A DNA stretch of 64,000 bases. Origin: an uncultured virus (IMG/VR IMGVR_UViG_3300017998_000010). Its lineage: Duplodnaviria; Heunggongvirae; Uroviricota; Caudoviricetes. The notes under the pieces were generated by a model. That model ran no database searches. It saw only the letters and a list, made by a program, of their open reading frames with translations, and was not told the origin of the DNA. Of the stretch, positions 32,424-42,632 are shown piece by piece. The stretch covers positions 1 through 64,000 of the IMG/VR virus record IMGVR_UViG_3300017998_000010; one strand, written 5' to 3'. How positions within the stretch are numbered: position 1 is the first letter of the stretch; each line of letters begins with the position of its first letter. A program made the translations under genes and the position numbers.

Positions 32424-33425
32424 TTATTCATCTATGTTTTTCATTGTTAATTTTTTCTTTTTTATTGGTTTTGACATAATTGCTTCTGGTTGTGTATTTG
32501 TAGTTGGTATCTCTTCACTAACTAATATAATATTTCCTATCTCCGTTTCTTTTAATTTCTGTTGTGTCTCGTTATCAAACTTTTCTTTATCTATTTTTTG
32601 TTTTAATTTTTTATCTTTTCTTTCTTCTAATATTACTTTATATTCTGCAAATTCCTTATCTTCCTCTTTCTCTAATTCCTTGGTTACCTCATCAATGGTT
32701 TCCTCATATACTTCGTGTTTTATAGGTTCTAGTGACGTTTTTGGTTCATTCATATCCTTATCCTCATCATCATTAATGTCCTCATTTTCATCATCAGATT
32801 CTGGTTCCATTATTGGTTCTGGTGGTGTGGGTTCTAGTGATGCTGATTCTTTATCCACAATTATACCTTCCTTCACACCCTCAATACCTCTTTCAACCAA
32901 TACTCTAACAAAACTTCCATTCTTGAGTCTTAACAGTGGTATTGGTGGTGGGTCGATCTTCTTTTCCACATTACCTCTCGGTTCGATTTTCCAAGTCACG
33001 CCAACATCCTGTAGTTCATTGAGTATTATCTTGTATAATTTCTGGTAGTCTGTCTGTTCGACTTCCTCAACCATCGGAGAAATTCTGATAGGTTCTCCAC
33101 CGTCATAGTTCCAATCTGTTGGTTTGTTACGGAAAATCGGATTTTCCAAAGTTCCCATTGGTTTGCCACAGGAATATTTATATACAGGCTGTTCAACTTT
33201 AGCTGTGTATTGTTCTCTAGTCTTGTCATTTTCTATCCTAAGTCTGTTCTCCTTTGGTAACATTGCCAAGAGAGATTCAACAGCATTTGAGAACTTTATC
33301 TCATCTCCCTCTAGTGCGGCATTATTGCAACGGTCTATCTGTTTCAGTACAAGATACTCAACATTGACTTTCTGTTTAAATTCTGCATCAACAGGTGTTT
33401 CTTCAAAGTCTCTACTATATGCCAT
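32424..33425 (-). CDS. Acidic hypothetical protein co-transcribed with the ATPase
   Basis: 333-aa ORF, E/D-rich C-terminal half, 2 nt from the ATPase start. Confidence 0.7.
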   Translation of the reverse strand: MAYSRDFEETPVDAEFKQKVNVEYLVLKQIDRCNNAALEGDEIKFSNAVESLLAMLPKENRLRIENDKTREQYTAKVEQPVYKYSCGKPMGTLENPIFRNKPTDWNYDGGEPIRISPMVEEVEQTDYQKLYKIILNELQDVGVTWKIEPRGNVEKKIDPPPIPLLRLKNGSFVRVLVERGIEGVKEGIIVDKESASLEPTPPEPIMEPESDDENEDINDDEDKDMNEPKTSLEPIKHEVYEETIDEVTKELEKEEDKEFAEYKVILEERKDKKLKQKIDKEKFDNETQQKLKETEIGNIILVSEEIPTTNTQPEAIMSKPIKKKKLTMKNIDE

Positions 33426-33427
33426 TT

Positions 33428-33583
33428 TTAAACACCATTTTTCCTTTTCTCTTGTAGTAAAAGAATAGCTTCTCTAAAAACATCGTTTGGCGATTCTCTT
33501 GGATTTCTTTTGAGACTATTCATTATGCACCAAACATCATTGGTAATACAAACAGTAGTTGGATCATCATTCTTCTTAGTCAT
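33428..33583 (-). CDS. 51-aa RHH-type regulator (not in ORF track)
   Basis: PTTVCITNDVWCIMNSLKRNPRESPNDVFREAI; first gene of the ATPase operon. Confidence 0.65.
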   Translation of the reverse strand: MTKKNDDPTTVCITNDVWCIMNSLKRNPRESPNDVFREAILLLQEKRKNGV

Positions 33584-33682
33584 ATATGTATATAGGCATA
33601 TAGGCATATTTATATGTTACGAATAGATAAATAGTAGTAGTAATGTTTATAAATGTCTACACTCTAATATATATAGATTAAT

Positions 33683-34210
33683 TTGAGTTCTGACGATGAA
33701 TGGAAAGAGGATGAGGAATGGACTCTTTCACAAAAAATAATAAAAAAGGTAAAGTCTATTCTATTTCCACCTAGAAAGCCAAGAGAGCAAAGAGGAAAAA
33801 GGATAAAGAGGAAAAATAGAAATTTTGATGATGTAGTAATAGATATTTCATCTGTGAAACAACCAGTAGAACAAGTAGTGAAACAACCAGTAGTAGAAAC
33901 AAAAGTAGAACCAAAACCAGAACCCGAATTAAAGTCAGAAAAATCAAGGAAACCAAAACAGGAAGAAAAATGGGATGAAGATAAGCCACAGAAAGCAAGG
34001 TTTATTCCAAACTTAGATAGAACTTTTCCCGGTCCTATGGTTGTCAAGAGGCTTATAGCAACGGTTCTTTTGCTCTGCTTTACAGGTCTTTTGATATTCG
34101 TACTTAGAGACTCACCGATACCAGCAATTATTTGTTTCCTGACAATGATCATATTCATTGATTATCTGATTATAACTGGACCGCAAAAAACGGAGAAATG
34201 GGCTGATTAA
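33683..34210 (+). CDS. Membrane protein with two C-terminal TM helices
   Basis: Charged linker followed by two hydrophobic helices. Confidence 0.7.
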   Translation: MSSDDEWKEDEEWTLSQKIIKKVKSILFPPRKPREQRGKRIKRKNRNFDDVVIDISSVKQPVEQVVKQPVVETKVEPKPEPELKSEKSRKPKQEEKWDEDKPQKARFIPNLDRTFPGPMVVKRLIATVLLLCFTGLLIFVLRDSPIPAIICFLTMIIFIDYLIITGPQKTEKWAD

Positions 34211-34211
34211 A

Positions 34212-34382
34212 ATGTCTATATGTTGTTTAGAATGTGGATGCTATAAAGATTGTCATCCAGAACCAGAACACAAACGTGGTGTTAAAATAAAGTATAATGA
34301 TCCTGTACACGAAGCATGGAGAATATCATCAAGAGATAGTTATATGAAACGGAAAGCAAAGAATGTAGGAGTTGAAAAGTAA
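34212..34382 (+). CDS. 56-aa Cys-rich protein (not in ORF track)
   Basis: MSICCLECGCYKDCH...; fills the gap exactly. Confidence 0.55.
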   Translation: MSICCLECGCYKDCHPEPEHKRGVKIKYNDPVHEAWRISSRDSYMKRKAKNVGVEK

Positions 34383-35056
34383 TGTCTGTAGTAGATATGT
34401 TGTTCTCTCCATATGGAGTGATGGGATTATTAGTTGTCTTGGGTGGTCTTGGTGTATATTACTATTACACTAATATCATGTCAAAAGGTGGTAGTGGAAC
34501 CAAAAAGACACTAGTTCTAATCAGACCCGGAGAAAAGAGAGCCTTAGAGATTCCTATTTTGAAGGAAACAGCACACTGGCTATACTGTAAGACAATCGAA
34601 GATGTCCCACGTAAATTCTATAAAGTTGCACCCGGATATGTTTTCCCAAACGTAACCAAGTTCTTTGCTATTGAGGGAGTTGGATATACAGCAGACATTA
34701 GAACACCCGAAAATACAGCACCCGAACCCACAACAATCGACAGGGCATTACGCATACTTTGGGGAGATGACAAATATGAAAGGATGCCAAAATCCAATAG
34801 GAAGTTGGTTGAGGACACCCGATGGGGTCTTACAATCGCAATCGAAGCGTATGAAGGGGAAGATATGCCAAATATTTCCTCTGAGGCACTTAGAGAGAAG
34901 GATGACGAAGCAATCCTGAAGATATTGGCTGAAGATGCTATGGATCAGCAGAAAAAGAGTAAGTTCGATTTCCAGCAGATTCTTATTGGTGTTGGTATTG
35001 GTGCTTTGGCAGTATATATCATGGTCAATCAAGGTTGGTTGAGAGTAGCACATTAA
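34382..35056 (+). CDS. Membrane protein with N- and C-terminal TM helices, putative morphogenesis protein
   Basis: Hydrophobic termini; lies opposite the ATPase operon. Confidence 0.65.
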   Translation: MSVVDMLFSPYGVMGLLVVLGGLGVYYYYTNIMSKGGSGTKKTLVLIRPGEKRALEIPILKETAHWLYCKTIEDVPRKFYKVAPGYVFPNVTKFFAIEGVGYTADIRTPENTAPEPTTIDRALRILWGDDKYERMPKSNRKLVEDTRWGLTIAIEAYEGEDMPNISSEALREKDDEAILKILAEDAMDQQKKSKFDFQQILIGVGIGALAVYIMVNQGWLRVAH

Positions 35057-35070
35057 AGAGGTAATGTAAA

Positions 35071-35439
35071 ATGGCAGAACAAGAAAGTTTATCACCACAG
35101 TTGGGTACAGACCCAATCGACCTAGAAATGGGTCGTGTAGATATGAGAAGGCTAACTGTCCTGAAACACAACAAGATGGGGGCTGTTCTTTATGCGGCTG
35201 TCAGGGCTAAGAATTCTCCAAGTTGGGCAACTGTCTTGGATTGGTACTTAAACCTAAATGTTGGTTTCGGTGGTCGTGGTAGGCGTGACATCATCCGTAT
35301 GGAACAGGTTTCTCGTGGTGGTTCGGTTAACGTTGAGTCTGAGATTGAAGCCGCAAAACCAACAAGTTGGACACAACGTAATATAACTAAGAGAGATTGG
35401 AAACAGGAAGCTATGGAAGAACTGGGTGAAGAGGTTTAA
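35071..35439 (+). CDS. Hypothetical protein, putative morphogenesis
   Basis: GAGGT SD; LNVGFGGRGRRD motif; operon position. Confidence 0.55.
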   Translation: MAEQESLSPQLGTDPIDLEMGRVDMRRLTVLKHNKMGAVLYAAVRAKNSPSWATVLDWYLNLNVGFGGRGRRDIIRMEQVSRGGSVNVESEIEAAKPTSWTQRNITKRDWKQEAMEELGEEV

Positions 35440-35465
35440 GTAAACTTAATTTATACTAGATAATT

Positions 35466-36360
35466 ATGATTAGAATATTGGTATACAGTAATCCAAAAGC
35501 GAAAGGAAGAAAATATGGTTTAACCTCATTATTAAGTAATATTCCAAATTTGAGTTTCAATTTTGTAGGTACTGGTATTAAAGAAAATATTAAGAATTTG
35601 TTAAGTGCAGATATTGTTCAAATTATGTCTGCTAAACTTAATGGTATAGAGGGCATGTTTTGGATTTTTTTATTTGTATTTTTTAAGATTATTGGTAAAA
35701 AAATATTGTTTTATTGGATTGGATCAGATGTCATGGATTCGGATAAAAAAATAGTGTTAATTTGTTCTAAATTAATAGATAAAAATCTTGTTCATGCACC
35801 TTTGGTTAGTAAATGAATTAAAAGAAAAGGGGGTTGTGGCTGAGTTTGCTCCCATACCATCATGGAATATTAGGGCAAAGAAGATAGGTCCATTACCAGA
35901 AACACCAACAGCACTTGTATATTTTGGAAATAGAGAATATTTTTATGGTCTTGAGATAGTGAGAAGGTTAGTTTCAATGCCATATAAATTTATTATTCTT
36001 GGCAAGAGGGATGTGTTGAAAGCACCAAATATTGAATATTTAGGTCATGTTAATGTTGAGGACATGGATGAAATATATTCTCGAACAACTGTTCTTCTCA
36101 GAATAACCAAACATGATGCTTTATCAAAAATGGTTCAAGAGGCATTGGCTAGAGGAAGATATGTGATCTGGTCATACAAATTTCCAAATTGTTTATATGC
36201 CACCGATTATGACATGGTGTATAAACATATGAGAGAGCTAGAAAATGTAAAACAACTTAATACATCTGGTATATCATTTATAAATAATTATATGAATATG
36301 AACAAATGTGTGAAAATATTTACTAATGTCTACAATCAAACTATATTAGAAAAAAAGTAA
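35466..36360 (+). pseudogene. GT-B (GT4-like) glycosyltransferase split by a single extra base
   Basis: YWIGSDV in part 1; removing one T in cctttgg (35799-35805) joins NLVHAP to WLVNELKEKG; part 2 has HDALSKMVQEALARG. Confidence 0.7.
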
Positions 36361-36362
36361 TT

Positions 36363-36530
36363 TCATTTCCACCCAAGATATTTTGCTATTATTTTTAATG
36401 CAATATATCCAAAGACACCAGTACCAAACGTGTAAAAGAGGGAGTCAAGCCCACCGTTGAAACCAGAAGCTATTGAAATAAAAATTAGACCAATGAAGTA
36501 AAGTGTGTCAATGCTCATTCCCTTTGCCAT
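36363..36530 (-). CDS. 55-aa two-TM membrane protein (not in ORF track)
   Basis: MAKGMSIDTLYFIGLIFISIASGFNGGLDSLFYTFGTGVFGYIALKIIAKYLGWK. Confidence 0.6.
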   Translation of the reverse strand: MAKGMSIDTLYFIGLIFISIASGFNGGLDSLFYTFGTGVFGYIALKIIAKYLGWK

Positions 36531-36569
36531 TATAATCAAAGATATAAGTGTGAGGTGAGTATAAAAAGA

Positions 36570-36728
36570 TTATGCTTTTGGTTTTTTAAATTTATCAGAA
36601 ATGTCTGGATAAAATTTCCTATTAAAATCTTCCAAATTTTCTGGGTGCTTCTTTTTTACATGTTTTCTAACGGCTTCCATACTCAATGATGGATTGCCAC
36701 AGTATGGGCAAATATAATCCGTTAGCAT
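36570..36728 (-). CDS. C2H2 Zn-finger protein (not in ORF track)
   Basis: YICPYCG...VRKHVKKKHPENLEDF. Confidence 0.75.
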   Translation of the reverse strand: MLTDYICPYCGNPSLSMEAVRKHVKKKHPENLEDFNRKFYPDISDKFKKPKA

Positions 36729-36785
36729 GATATTCACTACCATATGTGCCTATTACCAACATATATATCTTTCTATGAGTATCTT

Positions 36786-36804
36786 ATCATAACATTTATA
36801 TAAG
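36786..36804 (+). promoter_or_regulatory. BRE-TATA promoter (class B)
   Basis: atcataacatttatataag before 36849. Confidence 0.75.
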
Positions 36805-36848
36805 AACGAACAGAACATTATGATAGAGTAGTCTGAGGTGTCTGAAAA

Positions 36849-37154
36849 ATGAGAAAATCTCCAATTGAACACACGGTTCACAGATATAAGCGTCAAACAG
36901 GCACTGTGGTAAATGATTATCTTAGAGGTAGTGGAGAGGCAAAAGTAGTAGTAAAAACACCCAAGCTATCAGGAAAAGTCCTAGGGAAAAAAGTAAATGG
37001 TACAGATAAAGGTGGATTCAACATGCTTATAAAATATGCAGATGATAATACTAAAGAGGTTATTTTAAAGGAGAAAACTTATTTGACAGCACTACCAGTT
37101 GGTATAGGATATGCTGATAGGCAAATCAGACGTATTACTCTACGTAAGGTATAA
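36849..37154 (+). CDS. Basic protein sharing its N-terminal motif with 25687 and a C-terminal segment with the 1160-aa protein
   Basis: SPIEHTVHRYKRQTGTVVNDYLRGS. Confidence 0.7.
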   Translation: MRKSPIEHTVHRYKRQTGTVVNDYLRGSGEAKVVVKTPKLSGKVLGKKVNGTDKGGFNMLIKYADDNTKEVILKEKTYLTALPVGIGYADRQIRRITLRKV

Positions 37155-37183
37155 CCTTAGACTACGGAGGTGAAAAAGTAAAA

Positions 37184-37327
37184 ATGGTAAAGAATAAGGC
37201 AACGGCTACAAGTAAGCCAAAGTTGGTCACGGTTGTTACACCGATTGGTTATCTAACAACAACACCAGAGATAGCAAAGAAGATAATTGCGTCACAAAAG
37301 AAGAACGCAATGAAAGTAAAGAAGTAA
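37184..37327 (+). CDS. 47-aa basic protein (not in ORF track)
   Basis: GGAGGTGA SD; MVKNKATATSKPKLV... Confidence 0.6.
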   Translation: MVKNKATATSKPKLVTVVTPIGYLTTTPEIAKKIIASQKKNAMKVKK

Positions 37328-37423
37328 TTAAAAATGCGTATATATGATATATGTGTAGTAGGTATTACACCGATCCTAGATCATATATATCATATTTCTA
37401 AATTTGGTGGTAGTGACTAATAT

Positions 37424-40400
37424 ATGTCAGAAGAATATCAACAATCAGAGCAACAAGCACAAGCATTACGTACACAAGAATTGAATAGATCACAAGCATT
37501 AATTCAACAAAATGTTATAGAACAAACTAGAATACAACCAAAACCAGTAATAGTATCGACACCAATACAAGCCCAAAAAGCAACTATCGTACCATCAAAT
37601 TATGTTGATGCAATAAATAGGGTAAATGTACACAACACATCAATAACATCAATAAAACCAGTAATATCTTCAACACCAGTAAAAGTAATACCACCAGTAT
37701 CATCAATAATGGCAAAGATAGACAATTCACAGAATATGATTGAACAAAGTAGATTAAAACTAACATCAAATCCTTTAGCACTTGCTATAGGAGATAGCCC
37801 ACAAGCCGCCCCAACAGAATTTGGTAGAAGTGATCCAAAAATTAGGGCTGGATTAGAAACAACTCTTCTTAAAGTTAATACGGCTGAGTATGATAAAAAT
37901 GTAGCATCATATACAACTTTTATTAAAGATGGAAATGATGCACTAGCACAATATAATGATATAGTAAAACTACATAAATGGGATGAATATGATTTTTCTT
38001 CATATAAATCTACCAAAAATGGAACGGGTAAACAAGCATATATTAAAGATATGAATGATTTAAAAATGGCACTTTCAACAGCACCAACAGACTTAGATAC
38101 ATATAAGAAAAACTTTGATACTTATACCAAGTCGAAAACACAACTTATATCATCACTTCAAACAGCATCTATAGCAAAGACTTCTTGGACACTTAATTAC
38201 ACGGATAATGGGGTTAAAAAAACACAAATATTTAATAATTATGATGATATGCAAAAGTTTATAGTAGATATTAATACAAAAGCCGCAAGCACATTGATTT
38301 TAAGTCCAGCAGAGGGTTCTACTATACAGAAGTTTGATACAAGTGCAAAGAGTTCTACAGCAAATAAAATAGACGCAACAGAGATGCAATTTAAGACACC
38401 TGATGAATTACATAGATATATTGAAGGTTTATCTGAGACACAAATTAAAGCGAATGTAGATGTTCTCAGCAATAAATTATGGCAACTTGCATCACAAGCA
38501 CCTGAGTATGCACAATCAAATGATTTAAAAGTTGCGTTGGATATGCTTTATCCGGCATTTTCGGCAATAAAAGGTCAAAATGGTGAGTACAATCCCAAGG
38601 GAGTTTTACAGGCAGAGGCTATAATTGCAGAAGCTACAGAAAAACAACTGTCACCATTCTTAAATTTACTACCAAGAAAGGCAGATGGATCAAACTATTT
38701 ATTCCAAGTTCTTCCTGAACAGGAAACCTTTACATATAAAGATTTAGAGGATAGAGGGCTTACACCAGACAAGGTAATTGTTGGCAAGGCAATGGGATAT
38801 GCTACAGAGGGTGCAGAAATATACTTCACATCTATGGTTGAAGGTGCTGTTCTTGGTTTTGCTTATGGTGCGGCAGGTAAACTTGTAGCTAAAATTCCCG
38901 CAATTGGTGGTTTGGCTGAAAGGGGTGGTATGGCATTAACAACAGCAACAGGGGCAAGTTTACCATCAAGTATTCTTTCTACAATAAAAGCAGGTTTAAC
39001 AAAACTAGGTATTATTGATGAGGCTACACAATTAGTGACTGATGAAGAGGGAAAAGTTATACCTCTTACGGTTGAAAGTATTACAACTAAAGCACCAACA
39101 CTTACAGGTCAACTTAAAAATGCTATAACAATTGGTATGGACAAACTATCACTTGGTGTTACTGAGATGGATACATTAAATCAATTAGCGGCAATTACAC
39201 AAATGCCACTGGTTACTATAGCAGGAACGGCTGGTCTTGCCGCATATGAATATGATAGACTTGAAAAAGTGCTACAGACAAAAGGGGCAGAAGATTGGTT
39301 GGGTCAATTTGCTGTAGATTCTTCTGCTTTCCTTGGTGGTATAAAAGGTTTCCAAGTAGGATTCTCATATAGTGATACACCTTTTAACTATATTCAAATG
39401 AAGCTAACAAAAGGACAACCACTAAGTGCATATGAAGTTGCAGAGGCAAATGTTATAGAGGGCAGGGCTAAGTATCCGGGCTTTGAAGAACAACGAATGA
39501 AAGCAACACCAGAAAACTTCAAGATGCTAAGTGTGAACTATACACCACCTGAACTGGAACAGGAGGGGAAAGTTATTGTATATTCAGGAACCCAAGACCC
39601 ACAATTAGTTGCAAGTCTAGCAAAAGTCGGTGTTACAGGTGGAGATGCACCATTACTTTGGGCATCACATAGTTGGAGTACTGCATTTTCTGGTATAGGA
39701 CAAGCAGAAGAGGTAGCTTTGCCAAGTGCTTTTGTCAACCCATTTGCTAAGGCAAGCGTAATCTCAATTGGAATTGATGATGTTACCAATGAAGATTTTA
39801 TAAGTAAGATGGATCGTAAAGACTTAGGAAAACTTTATCAGGATATACTGGATAGATCAGGACAGTATGTCGGTGTTATGCCCTCAGAACAGGGGATGGA
39901 ATCACAAATAATCATTGGACCGGGGCAGAAATTCATAAAAGTTGGTGATCAGTTGTGGGTCAATATAAACGGTAGAATTGTCCCACTACAGATGATGCAA
40001 CCAATTGGTAATGCAGGTACTGTTACAGAAGATGCAATTAGCAAAATTGTGAATCTTGATTCGGGTTCTTCTAGTATTAAGGCAAACACAATGTATATAC
40101 CAACACTCAATGCTGTTTTATCAACCGATTATAGCATCTCAGCAACCACAGGCTCTATAAAATTATCAACGTCACAAATAAATGATTTATCTACTATTAT
40201 TTCAAGTGGGAAACTATCAGCCACACAGTTAGATTCTGCGATTAATGCTTTATCTGCACCTACAATAGAGAAACTTGTTGATATTTCTAGTCCAGAGCAA
40301 GTTTCTAAGATATATAATTCTGTACCAGAGTCTGTGAAGAGTAATCTATCTGAAAGAATTAGTTCAAAAATAGCATCTTCTATTAAATCTGTGCAATCAG

Positions 40401-40906
40401 AAGATAGTATAAGTTCTATAGAATCTGCATCAGAAAAGGTAAGTTCAAATCAGGTAGAGAAATATATAAGTTCAGTAGAATCAGCAAAATCACCATCAGA
40501 TATAAGCTCAATATCTGAGGTAAGTAATATTTCTGAGCAAAGTAAAATTTCATCTGTGTCAGAAACATCAGAACCAAGTGAACTTTCATCTATATCTGAA
40601 TTATCAGAACCAAGTGAACCCTCACCATCATCTCAGTCATATGAAGAAAAAGAATATCCATCTTTGAAACTTCCCGCACCAGCAAAGCCAACAGATAAAG
40701 ACTATGCGGATAAGCCATCAAAAAGCATATCAAAGTTTAAAGTGACATATACATTCATGGATAACGAAAATGAAAAAGAAGTTTCTGCACGTACATTTAG
40801 AGAAGCACTCGGAAATACATGGAACAAGAGAGGATCATTAGAGATACCAAAACAGGTTAGTATAGTAAAAATGCCAAATGTGAAGAGTACGAATGTATTA
40901 TTTTAG
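37424..40906 (+). CDS. 1160-aa putative virion protein
   Basis: No signal peptide; central G/A-rich hydrophobic helices; Ser/Glu-rich low-complexity C-terminal tract. Confidence 0.6.
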   Translation: MSEEYQQSEQQAQALRTQELNRSQALIQQNVIEQTRIQPKPVIVSTPIQAQKATIVPSNYVDAINRVNVHNTSITSIKPVISSTPVKVIPPVSSIMAKIDNSQNMIEQSRLKLTSNPLALAIGDSPQAAPTEFGRSDPKIRAGLETTLLKVNTAEYDKNVASYTTFIKDGNDALAQYNDIVKLHKWDEYDFSSYKSTKNGTGKQAYIKDMNDLKMALSTAPTDLDTYKKNFDTYTKSKTQLISSLQTASIAKTSWTLNYTDNGVKKTQIFNNYDDMQKFIVDINTKAASTLILSPAEGSTIQKFDTSAKSSTANKIDATEMQFKTPDELHRYIEGLSETQIKANVDVLSNKLWQLASQAPEYAQSNDLKVALDMLYPAFSAIKGQNGEYNPKGVLQAEAIIAEATEKQLSPFLNLLPRKADGSNYLFQVLPEQETFTYKDLEDRGLTPDKVIVGKAMGYATEGAEIYFTSMVEGAVLGFAYGAAGKLVAKIPAIGGLAERGGMALTTATGASLPSSILSTIKAGLTKLGIIDEATQLVTDEEGKVIPLTVESITTKAPTLTGQLKNAITIGMDKLSLGVTEMDTLNQLAAITQMPLVTIAGTAGLAAYEYDRLEKVLQTKGAEDWLGQFAVDSSAFLGGIKGFQVGFSYSDTPFNYIQMKLTKGQPLSAYEVAEANVIEGRAKYPGFEEQRMKATPENFKMLSVNYTPPELEQEGKVIVYSGTQDPQLVASLAKVGVTGGDAPLLWASHSWSTAFSGIGQAEEVALPSAFVNPFAKASVISIGIDDVTNEDFISKMDRKDLGKLYQDILDRSGQYVGVMPSEQGMESQIIIGPGQKFIKVGDQLWVNINGRIVPLQMMQPIGNAGTVTEDAISKIVNLDSGSSSIKANTMYIPTLNAVLSTDYSISATTGSIKLSTSQINDLSTIISSGKLSATQLDSAINALSAPTIEKLVDISSPEQVSKIYNSVPESVKSNLSERISSKIASSIKSVQSEDSISSIESASEKVSSNQVEKYISSVESAKSPSDISSISEVSNISEQSKISSVSETSEPSELSSISELSEPSEPSPSSQSYEEKEYPSLKLPAPAKPTDKDYADKPSKSISKFKVTYTFMDNENEKEVSARTFREALGNTWNKRGSLEIPKQVSIVKMPNVKSTNVLF

Positions 40907-41142
40907 AATTTATAATAATACTTATATATAAAATGATTATTTAACTATCTAATTAGTGATTAATAAATAAAAACGGTTCTTTTCTATATAAAATAGATTA
41001 TGAAACTGTTTAAAAATTATTCATATTATATTTGATAAAATGCATTTAAATCTACAGAGTTTACGAATGAATTATACTTATTTAGGTAATTAAAAACCAC
41101 AAACTTTAAATAGTTATGATGCACATCTTTATATGATACAAA

Positions 41143-41493
41143 ATGTTTGAAAGCCTGAAACAGAAAATGAAAGCGAGAGAGATCAATCAAAAAGAGAAAT
41201 CAAAAGAGAGAGCAATTAGGCAAAAAGAAAAAGAAGACAAAGAAAATGAAAAGTATCTAAAAACGCATTGGGAGAGAATAGGAACTTATGGTATGCCAAA
41301 TTCATATCCAGATGAAATACCAAAATGGTTATTGGAAAAGAATAAATCGGGTGGAACAGGAATTTTTAAGGGTAAAACTTTTGTTTACAAGGTTGGTTAT
41401 AATGGTGGTAAAAAACAGGGAGATGGATATTATATATACTATAGAAAGCTACGTTCAGATGTAAAATACGATCCTTCCAAACACAAAGAATAA
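41143..41493 (+). CDS. Basic hypothetical protein
   Basis: Own promoter accacaaactttaaatag (about 41096); FKGKTF...GYYIYYRK resembles part of the repeated basic domain. Confidence 0.6.
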   Translation: MFESLKQKMKAREINQKEKSKERAIRQKEKEDKENEKYLKTHWERIGTYGMPNSYPDEIPKWLLEKNKSGGTGIFKGKTFVYKVGYNGGKKQGDGYYIYYRKLRSDVKYDPSKHKE

Positions 41494-41530
41494 ATCCACA
41501 AACCTTATATAATAGTTTTATATCTATTAA

Positions 41531-42385
41531 TTGATTGAAATGGAATGGTTACTTTCTGATGTTGATGAAATGCCACAACAACATCTCTCAGAAGCAACAA
41601 AAATAAAAATAAGTAAGACCAAGAAAAGTATGGGTAGGACAGGTGAGAAAGCACCTAATTATGGTAAACATCTCACACCAGAAACCAAAGTGAAAATTGG
41701 TAGTGCCAATTCAGGTAAACATTACTCTAAAGAGACAAATATGAAAAAAGGTCATAAAGGTGAAAGTAACCCTATGTTTGGTAGGATAGGTGAAAAATGC
41801 CCTGCGTTTGGTAGAACTGGTGATAAAAATCCAATGTTTGGCAAACACCACTCGGAAGCAACAAGAATAAAAATCGGAAACGCACAAAAAGGCAAGATAG
41901 GTGTGTTATGTCCTAATTATGGTAAACATCCATCAGAGGCAACAAAAATAAAATTAAGTGTGGCAAATAAGGGTAGACCTTCTCCTATGAAGGGAAAACA
42001 CCAATCAGAGGCATCAAGAGAAAAAATGAGAGAAAAAGCACCATTAAAAGAAAAACATAATAGAGGTGGAAAAACATCTCATTTGGTTACGATATCACTC
42101 ATTAGTAATCAATTGGAGAGATTAGGGTGGGCAGTACAGAGTTGGACTACAACGGGAGAGAGATTTGTTAGAATAGATAAATATAATTATGTACCCGACA
42201 TCTATGCCAAGAAGGGTAATGATATCATTCTAGTTGAGGTTGGGGATTGTTCTACACAGAAACTATGCAATCTTATGATCAAATATCCAATAGTGTTGCA
42301 AGTCCCAAAAATGAAAATGGAACTAAAACCTATTGATATTAGAGACTTAGTTAATTGGCATAAATTTTATCGTTGGATGGTGTGA
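41531..42385 (+). CDS. NUMOD3-repeat plus PD-(D/E)XK-like nuclease (paralogue of 29352)
   Basis: NPMFGKHHSE repeats; YVPDIYA...LVEVG. Confidence 0.8.
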   Translation: MIEMEWLLSDVDEMPQQHLSEATKIKISKTKKSMGRTGEKAPNYGKHLTPETKVKIGSANSGKHYSKETNMKKGHKGESNPMFGRIGEKCPAFGRTGDKNPMFGKHHSEATRIKIGNAQKGKIGVLCPNYGKHPSEATKIKLSVANKGRPSPMKGKHQSEASREKMREKAPLKEKHNRGGKTSHLVTISLISNQLERLGWAVQSWTTTGERFVRIDKYNYVPDIYAKKGNDIILVEVGDCSTQKLCNLMIKYPIVLQVPKMKMELKPIDIRDLVNWHKFYRWMV

Positions 42386-42632
42386 TTATCTTATATAAAA
42401 CTAGTAAATAGTAGAAATATATTTATCTAGATATTATAATAACATTTATATGTAAACAATATTACTTATTATTGATGGTTTTTTCATAAAAATATTTTTA
42501 ATATAATCTATATATGTCTTTTTAAAATGTTGTGAAAAAGCTATGATATAGGTGGTATTTTGAATGTTGTTTTTTATACTAACATTTATATATATTTAGT
42601 GTAAATAATATACAGATCATACCGTTAAACCT

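Noticed and set aside
32305..33468. 247-aa and 114-aa + strand ORFs
   Set aside because: Ser/Phe-rich antisense shadows of the acidic - strand gene
33589..33606. atataggc tandem duplication upstream of the RHH gene
   Set aside because: Could be an RHH operator, but it is too short and low-complexity to support
40907..41095. Very AT-rich gap as replication origin (also 42386-42632)
   Set aside because: No iterons or adjacent initiator seen; AT-richness alone is insufficient
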